From: Acidimicrobiia bacterium
GTDB lineage: Bacteria; Actinomycetota; Acidimicrobiia; Acidimicrobiales; JANYDT01
Direction: 5' to 3'
NCBI GenBank assembly: GCA_031418775.1
Contig: JANOJN010000079.1
Span: 2,320-66,319, forward strand
Length of the DNA: 64,000 nt
Shown: piece after piece, positions 42,229 through 50,029 of the stretch
Numbering within the stretch: the stretch's first letter is position 1
How the letters are laid out: each line of letters opens with the position of its first letter
The notes under the pieces: model-generated
Database searches by the model: none
Seen by the model: the letters and a program-made list of their open reading frames with translations, nothing else
Told to the model about the DNA's origin: nothing
Made by a program: the position numbers and the translations under genes

Positions 42229-43643
42229 GTGCTCCTGGTGGTCGGGGTGGCGGCTTGTTGGGCGGGGGCGGGGGATGGCAGCGCGGGAACAGGAAGCCCA
42301 AGTCGGTCGGCGAGCGAGCGAACGGCGCGCGTCTGGAGCGGGGACGACCATGGATTACGGATCGCTGCGGCGAGCTCACGACGGGCCGCCGCAAGATCGC
42401 CCGTTGCGGCAAAGACCTCGGCCGCGTGCCACCGAGTGGAGGAGACACCGGGTTGGGTCGCCACCGCCGCGCGTGCGTAGGGCAGGGCCTCGACCGGGCG
42501 GCCGGAGACGAACAACGACCATGCCATCGCGTCGTTGGTGAAGATCGTGCGACGTTCCGCGTACGCCCGTCGGGCCGCCCGCAGCGCCGCAGGCGCCGAG
42601 CCCGAGCCACGGTCGGCGAGCAGGATCGCCAACTCGGCGTCAACGACCGCACCGTTCGCCTCGAACAGGGCGACGCTCGCATCGACGAGCTGATCCGTGG
42701 CTGTTGCCGTCTTCTGATCACCACTCGCTCGCGCCAGATCGGCCCGGAGCCCGAGTGCTCCCGGAAGCGGAATCCTTTCGACGAGACGATCAAGGATCGT
42801 CGCGGCTCGGCGTGAATCATCTCGGGCCATGGCGACCCGAGCCGAACCGAGCATCGCCGTTCCATTTGTCGGTTCGATCCGGAGTGACTGCTCATAGGTG
42901 CGGCCAGCGGCGGCGAGGTGGCCCGACTCGAGAAGCACGTCGCCGAGATACGCAAGCGCGATGGCACGATCGATCGATCCAGTCGGCGCGGCTGACACGG
43001 CCTGGCGCATGGCGATCTCTGCGCCGAGCAGATCACCGGTGAGCTGGCGGCGATAGGAGAGCCGTGAGAGCGTGGCGACATTCGGGCGCTCCTCGACGAG
43101 CGACTCGATCTGTGCAAAGGCCTGTTCGTAGTTCCCTAGTTCAATATCGGCATCGAACAGGGAAATGCGTCCGTCCAACGCGTCTGGTCGTTGCCGGACG
43201 ACGTCGGTAGCGAGCGAGCGAGCATCCTGGAATCGATGCCGGGCAAGCGCAAGCGTGGCCTTGGTCCCCAGCAGCTCCGGGGTGGAGCCGAGGCGCTTCT
43301 CGGCTTGCCGCAACGCCGATTCGGCAAGTGGATAGAAAGCGGGATCGGCCGTCTCGAAGGCCCGCCGGACATAGGCGGCACCCAGCTGACGCCAGTCGTC
43401 ACCGTTGCTCGGGTTGGAGCGGGTGGCCGACTCGAGCCGGGTGATGCGGTCGACGGTGGAGAGGCTTCGCGACGCCGGCTTGGCCAGGCCCGGTGCCAGA
43501 GTCGATGGGGATGCGGGCGAGACCGTCGCTGCTGAGGCTGCTGCGCCCGGAATCGCTGCCAATGAGATCATAAGCACACCTATGACTGACCGGATGCCGG
43601 AGGTGATGCGGGTGCCGGACCGCACGTGGCTGGTGCATCGCAC
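42225..43643 (-). CDS. Secreted TPR-repeat protein
   Basis: Likely GTG start at 43643 with GGAAGGA 8 nt upstream. Signal-like RITSGIRSVIGVLMISLAAIPGAAASA. The remainder is TPR-like helical repeats. Confidence 0.7.
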   Translation of the reverse strand: MRCTSHVRSGTRITSGIRSVIGVLMISLAAIPGAAASAATVSPASPSTLAPGLAKPASRSLSTVDRITRLESATRSNPSNGDDWRQLGAAYVRRAFETADPAFYPLAESALRQAEKRLGSTPELLGTKATLALARHRFQDARSLATDVVRQRPDALDGRISLFDADIELGNYEQAFAQIESLVEERPNVATLSRLSYRRQLTGDLLGAEIAMRQAVSAAPTGSIDRAIALAYLGDVLLESGHLAAAGRTYEQSLRIEPTNGTAMLGSARVAMARDDSRRAATILDRLVERIPLPGALGLRADLARASGDQKTATATDQLVDASVALFEANGAVVDAELAILLADRGSGSAPAALRAARRAYAERRTIFTNDAMAWSLFVSGRPVEALPYARAAVATQPGVSSTRWHAAEVFAATGDLAAARRELAAAIRNPWSSPLQTRAVRSLADRLGLPVPALPSPAPAQQAATPTTRST

Positions 43644-43750
43644 AAGAAGTTCCTTCCACAGGGATGAGGGTGCGAACAGTGCGCCGCTTCGGGAGAACTC
43701 CGCTCGTCCGTCTGCGCCGAGCGCTCGCTTGGGTGTACCAGTCAGGCAAA

Positions 43751-43784
43751 GCCCTTCGCCGCATGGGGGGTTGCGGCGAAGGGC
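43751..43784 (-). terminator. Strong hairpin (possible attenuator or partial terminator) between the DUF4331 and TPR genes
   Basis: Perfect 12-bp GC-rich stem (gcccttcgccgc / gcggcgaagggc) with a 10-nt loop. On the transcribed strand it is followed by UUUG. Confidence 0.45.
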
Positions 43785-43795
43785 TCGTGCCAGTG

Positions 43796-43835
43796 TTGAA
43801 CGTGGCGCCAACTCCCCAGCGGGCGCCGCGTTCAA
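43796..43835 (-). other. Second strong intercistronic hairpin
   Basis: 14-bp stem (13 Watson-Crick pairs plus one G-U) with a 12-nt loop. Confidence 0.45.
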
Positions 43836-43930
43836 ACAAGCGGGACGGACAACGCCGAGGCGCGTCGGTTGTTCATCGCGCGCTCGCGACACGCGAACGC
43901 GAGCACTCCGGTCGTTGTCCGTCTTCATGA

Positions 43931-45319
43931 TCAGGCCTTGATCGGCTCGTAGGCGCGGTCGGCGCCGTATCCGTCACGGGGCAGGCCGACATACGGGAAC
44001 ACGTTCAGGAGTTCCCGATCGTTGGCGTCGACACCGTCACCGAGCGCATTGTTCGGGAATCCGGTGAAGGTCTTGTCGCTCACCAACGGGTTGGCACCGG
44101 CCACCACCTGGAGGGCGGTGTCGACGACATCATCGGTGAGGTTGCGGCCGTTGGGGAACGACGACTTGCCGATGCCGGTGTTGAGGCGGAGCATCTCGGA
44201 CGGGGCCGAGAACGTCTTCGACTTGTTCAGACCGGGGATACCCGTGAGGAAGATCACGGCGAGGTCCTGGCGGCCCGCGAAGGCCGCCGGGAGCCCGGCG
44301 TCGACGCTGGTCGGCACCTTGATGCCGGCCGGGCCGTAGAGGAACGGGATCAACTTGCCGAGCTCAGGGTCGAGGACGGACTTGGCGAACTGGCCGTCCT
44401 TGTCCGGGCTCGACGCATTGAACGTGTCCTTCTGCCCGACGGGGATGACGACCTCGTTGACGAGCGGGTTGCCAAGACGGGCAACCTGCTTCCAGTTGCC
44501 GTTGCCGTTGCCTTCACCGACACGACGTGACGTGGTCGCCCAGACACCGACGACGGGATCCCCGGCGTTGGTGATGCGACCGCTCGGAACCTGCAACACG
44601 ATCGAGCTGATGTTCTGCCCGGCGAGGTAGTCGATTCCCGCCGCAGTCGGCTGCTTGATGACGTGGAAGGAGTTCAGCGGACGCAGACCACCGAGGTCGA
44701 AGATCGCCCCGAGGTCGGCGAAGAACGGGTCATCACGTGGACCGGCAAAGACCCGGATCGCGCCCTGTTCCAGCTGATGGCTCGCCCCGGCGACGGTCGT
44801 CCGATAGTTCGGCGTCGAGCGGGTGGCGCCGACGTAGGCCGGCGCGGTCAGAAGGTTCTGTCCGATCGGCTTGCTTTCCTTTCCGCGAACTTCCGTCAGC
44901 GTGTAGGTCTGCTTGCGGTTGAGGTCCGCGTCATCGACCGACGTCACCTGGTTCGTGTTGTAGAGGAACGTGTTCGGGTTCGAATACGTCGTCTTGAAAC
45001 GGAACTGGTACTTGATGTCGGCAACGGCATCGCCGTTGTTGTCGATGTTGAGCTCATAGAGCACGTCGTCACCGAACTTCGAGAAGTTCGGTCCGCCACC
45101 GGGATTCTGGAACGGGTCGGTGTTGATGACGAACGTCGTCGAGTCCGGGCGATCCGGGCTCACGAAGGCGTAGAGGTCGGTGAGGTCGGCGACCGGATCC
45201 TCGGTGATCGCCGGCGCCTCCCGATGGCTCGATGCCGTGGTCGGTGCGGCAAGGCTGAATCCGAGCGCAGCGGCCAGGCCGATGGCGGGAATGCCCTGTC
45301 GAAGGAGTGAACGTTTCAT
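43931..45319 (-). CDS. Secreted DUF4331-family protein
   Basis: Signal peptide MKRSLLRQGIPAIGLAAALGFSLAAPTTA, then the family-typical mature N-terminus SSHREAPAITEDPVADLTDLYAF. ATG at 45319. Confidence 0.8.
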   Translation of the reverse strand: MKRSLLRQGIPAIGLAAALGFSLAAPTTASSHREAPAITEDPVADLTDLYAFVSPDRPDSTTFVINTDPFQNPGGGPNFSKFGDDVLYELNIDNNGDAVADIKYQFRFKTTYSNPNTFLYNTNQVTSVDDADLNRKQTYTLTEVRGKESKPIGQNLLTAPAYVGATRSTPNYRTTVAGASHQLEQGAIRVFAGPRDDPFFADLGAIFDLGGLRPLNSFHVIKQPTAAGIDYLAGQNISSIVLQVPSGRITNAGDPVVGVWATTSRRVGEGNGNGNWKQVARLGNPLVNEVVIPVGQKDTFNASSPDKDGQFAKSVLDPELGKLIPFLYGPAGIKVPTSVDAGLPAAFAGRQDLAVIFLTGIPGLNKSKTFSAPSEMLRLNTGIGKSSFPNGRNLTDDVVDTALQVVAGANPLVSDKTFTGFPNNALGDGVDANDRELLNVFPYVGLPRDGYGADRAYEPIKA

Positions 45320-45391
45320 GACTCTCGTTTCTGTTGCGGGTGGGGGGTTGTGGTGCTGGGGATCAGGGGCCCGCTGGCCGAGGCGCACTCG

Positions 45392-46423
45392 TCATGGCGC
45401 AGCGGGGACGGGAGCGATGCCGACGACGACCCATCGGTCGGCCAGAGGCGCCGCAATCACGTGCATCTCGTGAGGCGCCGCCAGTGTCACGACGCGGGCC
45501 CATTGGTAGGCGCCGCTGCCGTAGGCATCGAGCAGAGCCTGCGGATCGTCCAAGGTGTAGATGTCGCCGACCGACTCAACGGCCACGGCGCCCGGAGTGG
45601 TGCAGAGCGCTTCGGCCAGCCACACCGCACCGAGCAGGCCGCCCCCGTACTCGCCGACCGGAGTCTTCCGGGGCTGGTTGCCCGATGATGCGCAGCCGTT
45701 CTGTCGCGCGGCAGACCAAGCGACAACGTCGTCGGCCAACCGGCTCTCCGGCGCGGCGTAGCGCTGCGTGATCGTCCGCCGTTCCCACGAAACCTTCCAG
45801 CCGGATTCGTCCTTGCGGGCCGGGAGTTTCACGACGGCGGTGGGACCGACGACGCCTCGAATCTCATCGATCGTCGGGGCCTGGTCGACGCGCAGGGTAG
45901 GCGCGTCAGGGCCTTCGCTGGCGTCGGCATCGACGGCGGACGACAGCCACGCCGGATCCCGGCTCAGGATGTCGGCGAAGCGAGTGGCCGAGCCGATGCG
46001 CTCCTGCTCGATGTCCGGAAGGAGCGCGAAGGCGTCGACGGTCCGTCCGGCGACGACTGCATCGCCGAACGCCGCCGCGGCGGCAGCCGGGCTGGCGGCG
46101 CTGGCACTGGCGGCGCGACTCCGACGAGACGACGGACCGGCCACCGGTTCGGGCCCCGGGGCGGTCTTGTCCGCCGGTGGAACGGTGAAGGAGAGGCCGG
46201 GCTCCGGCGCGCCGAGCACCAGTCGCGATTGTCCGGGGACGGCCTCGGTCGGTTGGGCCGAGGGCGCCGAAGCGCTCAGCGGGACCGGCGGAGGTGGCGT
46301 CGTGGTCGTCTGACCACTGCACCCCGAGAGCGCGAGGGCGAGAACGCCGGAGGAGAGCGCGAACCAGGTTTGAACGCTGCGCCGATGAGCGACTGCCTTC
46401 GTGAACCGATGACGTTGCGACAT
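45392..46423 (-). CDS. Hypothetical lipoprotein
   Basis: Lipobox LALSGC after a hydrophobic signal, followed by a Pro/Thr/Ala-rich linker. No family recognised. Confidence 0.6.
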   Translation of the reverse strand: MSQRHRFTKAVAHRRSVQTWFALSSGVLALALSGCSGQTTTTPPPPVPLSASAPSAQPTEAVPGQSRLVLGAPEPGLSFTVPPADKTAPGPEPVAGPSSRRSRAASASAASPAAAAAAFGDAVVAGRTVDAFALLPDIEQERIGSATRFADILSRDPAWLSSAVDADASEGPDAPTLRVDQAPTIDEIRGVVGPTAVVKLPARKDESGWKVSWERRTITQRYAAPESRLADDVVAWSAARQNGCASSGNQPRKTPVGEYGGGLLGAVWLAEALCTTPGAVAVESVGDIYTLDDPQALLDAYGSGAYQWARVVTLAAPHEMHVIAAPLADRWVVVGIAPVPAAP

Positions 46424-46722
46424 GTTGAAGGTTCGTCACCGGACGTCGCTTGGATGCCTCGGGTAAGAACAATCCGGAGCAAGCCGAGCGCAGCCGCCCC
46501 CTGACTCGGCGCTCGGCGGCCTCGTCGAAGCCTTCCCGAACTCTGGCGAGCTCCGTGCGCTTACGCCGAGATCTCAGTGCTCAGGCCAAGGCCGACGGCC
46601 GGCGGCGGCGCGAGCCGTCAAGTTCACCTCGAACGTGGTCGATGAACGGGGTGCCGCCACGACCGCGGGTAACCTGTACCCATTCGACCACACGGCCCGT
46701 CGGCCGACATCAGGAGATCACC

Positions 46723-47037
46723 ATGCTTCGTAAGGCCCTTCGTACCGCAGCCGTTTCCGTTCTCGTCGGTGGCGCCGCGTTTCTCGCCGTCCCCGCCTCC
46801 GCCCAGGAGACGACGACCACCGTCGCCCCCGTGGCCGAGGTCGTTGTCGAGGCACCGGTCGCCGACACTGCTGCGCCAGTCGACGCGGCGACCGCCGAAG
46901 TTCCGGCCGGTGGCGTTGCCGCTGGTGGCGGCTTCATGAGCAACGACAACGGCTCAGCCGTTCTTCCCCTCGCCCTGGCGCTCGGCGCCGCTGGCGTCGG
47001 AGCCGGCATTTTCGTGTCACGCCGCCGTAAGGCCTGA
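46723..47037 (+). CDS. Small secreted protein with a C-terminal hydrophobic anchor and basic tail (putative sortase substrate)
   Basis: 105 aa. Signal peptide ending ASA-QE, an Ala/Val/Pro/Thr-rich body, and C-terminus AVLPLALALGAAGVGAGIFVSRRRKA. CAGGAGA RBS before ATG 46723. Confidence 0.6.
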   Translation: MLRKALRTAAVSVLVGGAAFLAVPASAQETTTTVAPVAEVVVEAPVADTAAPVDAATAEVPAGGVAAGGGFMSNDNGSAVLPLALALGAAGVGAGIFVSRRRKA

Positions 47038-47069
47038 CCACCGCCGTCCTCGCCGCCCGGTGAGGAGCT

Positions 47070-48221
47070 ATGAACACTGACATACAGCCACCGTCCCGCA
47101 AAGCGCCCGGGCGGTGGCTGTATGTCCTTCCGGCACTTCTGCTCGCGGCAGCCGGGTGGACCGCTCTCGCCCAACGGGCCGGCTCCACGATTCGACCGGG
47201 CACCGCCGAGGAAGCAGCGGGACTCGAACCGGCCACCGATCAGAGAGATCCGAAGCGGTTCCGGATCGTTGCTCCGAACGTCATCGAGGACACCGCGACC
47301 GGCATTCGCCGGACTGTGGACCTTCGACCTGGCCAGGACATCCCGGAACGCTTCACGGAGAACCTGCCCGTCAACGACAACCTCGCCGACGACCGACGCT
47401 ACGGAATCGGTCCGCGGCCCGTGCGCGTCCTGATGGCACCGATCGGCCTCGACGCCGAAGCGATTCCGATCGGTCTCGACGCGAACGGTGCGCTCGCCGT
47501 ACCTCGTCGGGCCGACATCACGGGCTGGTGGTCGGGCGGATTCGTTCCCGGGGAGACCGGTCCGACCGTCCTCGTTGGGCATTACGACTCAAAGGTGGCT
47601 CCGGGAGTGTTTTCGCGGCTGGCGAAGGCCAAGATCGGTCAGCTCATCTTCGTGGAGCAGTCGGACGGTTCGAGGTATCTGTACAAGGTCACCGAGGTGG
47701 AGAAGCCCAAGAAGTCGGTCTTCCCGACCGACAAGGTCTACGGACCGACGGAGTCGTCGACCCTGCGACTCGTCACGTGTGGCGGGAAGTTCGACCGCAG
47801 CACCGGGCACTACGTCGACAACCTGATCGTCTATGCGGACGTCGTACCACCGCCGTTCGGGCGGGGAATCATCCTGGGATTCGAGGCGCCGGAGTATTTC
47901 CCGACGACCACCACAACAACCCTGGTCAGCGATACGACGATCGCGGAAACGACCGTCCCGACCTCGACCACGCCCGCCCCACCGACCAGCGTGGGGACCT
48001 CGGGCCCACCGACCAGCGTGGGGACCTCGGGCCAACCGACCAGCGTGGGGACGCCGGGGCCGCTGCCTCTTGCGCCGAGCAACCCGACCGGGTCCACCGG
48101 CGCACCGACGGCGCCGTCGTCGGTCGTGACCGTGGAGGCCGCCTCAACCACCACGGTGCCACCGGCCGAAGGCCCGGCCACCGCTGCGGCGGGCGAAGCA
48201 CCCACCAGCGCGCCGACGTAG
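47070..48221 (+). CDS. Sortase (class F-like) with a Pro/Thr-rich C-terminal extension
   Basis: N-terminal TM segment, catalytic His (TVLVGHYD) and Cys (TLRLVTCGG) motifs. GAGGAG RBS before ATG 47070. Confidence 0.8.
   Translation: MNTDIQPPSRKAPGRWLYVLPALLLAAAGWTALAQRAGSTIRPGTAEEAAGLEPATDQRDPKRFRIVAPNVIEDTATGIRRTVDLRPGQDIPERFTENLPVNDNLADDRRYGIGPRPVRVLMAPIGLDAEAIPIGLDANGALAVPRRADITGWWSGGFVPGETGPTVLVGHYDSKVAPGVFSRLAKAKIGQLIFVEQSDGSRYLYKVTEVEKPKKSVFPTDKVYGPTESSTLRLVTCGGKFDRSTGHYVDNLIVYADVVPPPFGRGIILGFEAPEYFPTTTTTTLVSDTTIAETTVPTSTTPAPPTSVGTSGPPTSVGTSGQPTSVGTPGPLPLAPSNPTGSTGAPTAPSSVVTVEAASTTTVPPAEGPATAAAGEAPTSAPT
47979..48059 (+). repeat. Three tandem 27-bp in-frame repeats (PPTSVGTSG x2, QPTSVGTPG)
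   Basis: Units 47979-48005 and 48006-48032 are identical at all 27 nt. The third unit differs at 4 positions. Confidence 0.95.
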
Positions 48222-48442
48222 TGCGGGGGCGGCCGCCGCATTTCCCGCCAGCCTCGACAGTACGTCTCCACCGCCACGCGAGCGCGCCGTGTCCGCTGAA
48301 CCATCCCACATGCCGGGTTCGGGCCGGGACTGGCAATTCCTGTTGGGCAGGAACCTGCCCGGCGATTCTCGGCCGATGTGGGATGCCGGCGACGGCGATC
48401 TGGGATGTCGACGGATGTCGGTGGACGGACCACCGACCGGGC

Positions 48443-49033
48443 CTAGCGGCCTCGGGCCTTCGCCTTCGCGGCCTTCTCGGCGTCCTTGCGGGCCTTGCGG
48501 GCGGCGAGCTTGACGTCACGATCCGGATCGATCGGCTTCGGCACGGTGATCGACACCAGTTCGGCCGGCGGAAGGGCGACGACCGGGTCGGACTTCAGCA
48601 GATCCTTGAGGATCGGTGACGCCAACGCCTCGCCGACGATGGCCGATGCCATCATCATCCGGGTCGCGCCGACCGAGTGACGTTCGACCAGGCCAGGCAG
48701 GGCCTCCTGAAGTTCGGCCTCCGTCGGGTTGTCGGAGGACTCGCCCAGGGCCTCGACGCAGTCGGCCAGGCAACGATCCGCCAACAGCGTGGCGATGCCC
48801 TCGAGGGTGCCGTTCATCCGGCCCTTGGTCAGCGCGGAACGGACCGACTCGGTGTCGGTCCCGTGGCAGCGCTGCTCGAGCAGTTTCGACTGCTCTTCGG
48901 TCAGGCCGCCGACCATCCCCACAAGTTCGTCGTCGGTGGCGGCCCGGACCGCACGCTCGAGCAGGCTGATGGCGATCAGACGGCTCTGGACGGCGTTGAC
49001 GGGGCGTTGGATCTTCTGCTGCGGGGAACTCAC
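48443..49033 (-). CDS. Hypothetical protein with a Lys/Ala-rich basic C-terminal tail
   Basis: 196-aa ORF with protein-like composition, ending KLAARKARKDAEKAAKAKARGR. No family recognised. Confidence 0.55.
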   Translation of the reverse strand: MSSPQQKIQRPVNAVQSRLIAISLLERAVRAATDDELVGMVGGLTEEQSKLLEQRCHGTDTESVRSALTKGRMNGTLEGIATLLADRCLADCVEALGESSDNPTEAELQEALPGLVERHSVGATRMMMASAIVGEALASPILKDLLKSDPVVALPPAELVSITVPKPIDPDRDVKLAARKARKDAEKAAKAKARGR

Positions 49034-49147
49034 GGCCGAAGAGGCTACTGGTGCGTCGCCAAGCCACCGTTCCTTCGCCCCGAAAGCGCGCGTTCGCCGG
49101 ATTCAGAAGGAGCGCGGCGAAGCGGCCGTGAACCCCCGACCGAGGTC

Positions 49148-49939
49148 CTACACCCCCATGCGCATCGTCCGATCGATGGCACCGGGTATGTCCGGATAGC
49201 GCTTGTTGGACGCGCCTCCGTCGATCAGATGGAAGGAACCGCTGACGAAACGGGCCTCATCCGAGGCGAGCCAGGCGACCAGGCCGGCGACTTCATCGGG
49301 TGATCCGTGGCGGCCAACCGTCGTGTTCTCGACGAACTCCTCGACCAGACCTGGGAGGGCGAAGAAGGTCGCGGTGGCCGGGGTCTCGATCAGCCCGGGC
49401 CCTACGGCGTTGACCCGGATCCCCCGGGAACCCAACTCCATCGCCGCGACCCGGGTCAGCATGATCACCCCGGCCTTCGCCGCACAGTAGGCCGACATGC
49501 CCGCTGACGGCTGCACGCCGTTCAGGGAGGAGATGACAACGACCGAACCCCCGTCGCCCATCACCCGTCCGCCATGTTTGATGGTCAGGAACACCCCGGT
49601 GAGGGAGAGATCGACGATGGCCCGAAACTCCTCGGCCGAGTGTTCGTCGATCATGGCGAACCCTCCGCGCCCGGCGTTGGCGACCGTGATGTCCAGCCGT
49701 CCGAACCGGGTCAACGCGAGCGTGCTGAGTGACTCGACGTCGGCCTCCAAGGTGACGTCACAGCGCTGCGCGGCGACGCGCCCGGCGAACTCGGCTTCGA
49801 GCGCCGCGCACGCAACGTCGTCGAGATCGCCGACGACAACGCGGGCGCCGTCGTCGAGGAACCGCTGGACGCACGCCCGGCCGATGCCGGATACGCCTCC
49901 GGTCACGAGCGCGACACGGCCGTCGAATCGAGTTGTCAT
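49148..49939 (-). CDS. Short-chain dehydrogenase/reductase (SDR)
   Basis: VALVTGGVSGIGRA cofactor motif and catalytic SAYCAAK (YxxxK). Confidence 0.9.
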   Translation of the reverse strand: MTTRFDGRVALVTGGVSGIGRACVQRFLDDGARVVVGDLDDVACAALEAEFAGRVAAQRCDVTLEADVESLSTLALTRFGRLDITVANAGRGGFAMIDEHSAEEFRAIVDLSLTGVFLTIKHGGRVMGDGGSVVVISSLNGVQPSAGMSAYCAAKAGVIMLTRVAAMELGSRGIRVNAVGPGLIETPATATFFALPGLVEEFVENTTVGRHGSPDEVAGLVAWLASDEARFVSGSFHLIDGGASNKRYPDIPGAIDRTMRMGV

Positions 49940-50029
49940 GGCCGGAGAGTGTTCCACGACCTGCGCACCTTCACGCAGCGAGCGGAAGGCCGTTTACGTC
50001 CTTGCCGGCGAATTCGGGAACAGTTGGGT

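Noticed and set aside
43644-43930. Calling the structured spacer a NiCo (czcD) metal riboswitch
   Set aside because: I cannot match the helices to the consensus from memory, and the element lies between genes rather than at the operon's 5' end. It is reported only as an unclassified structured region.
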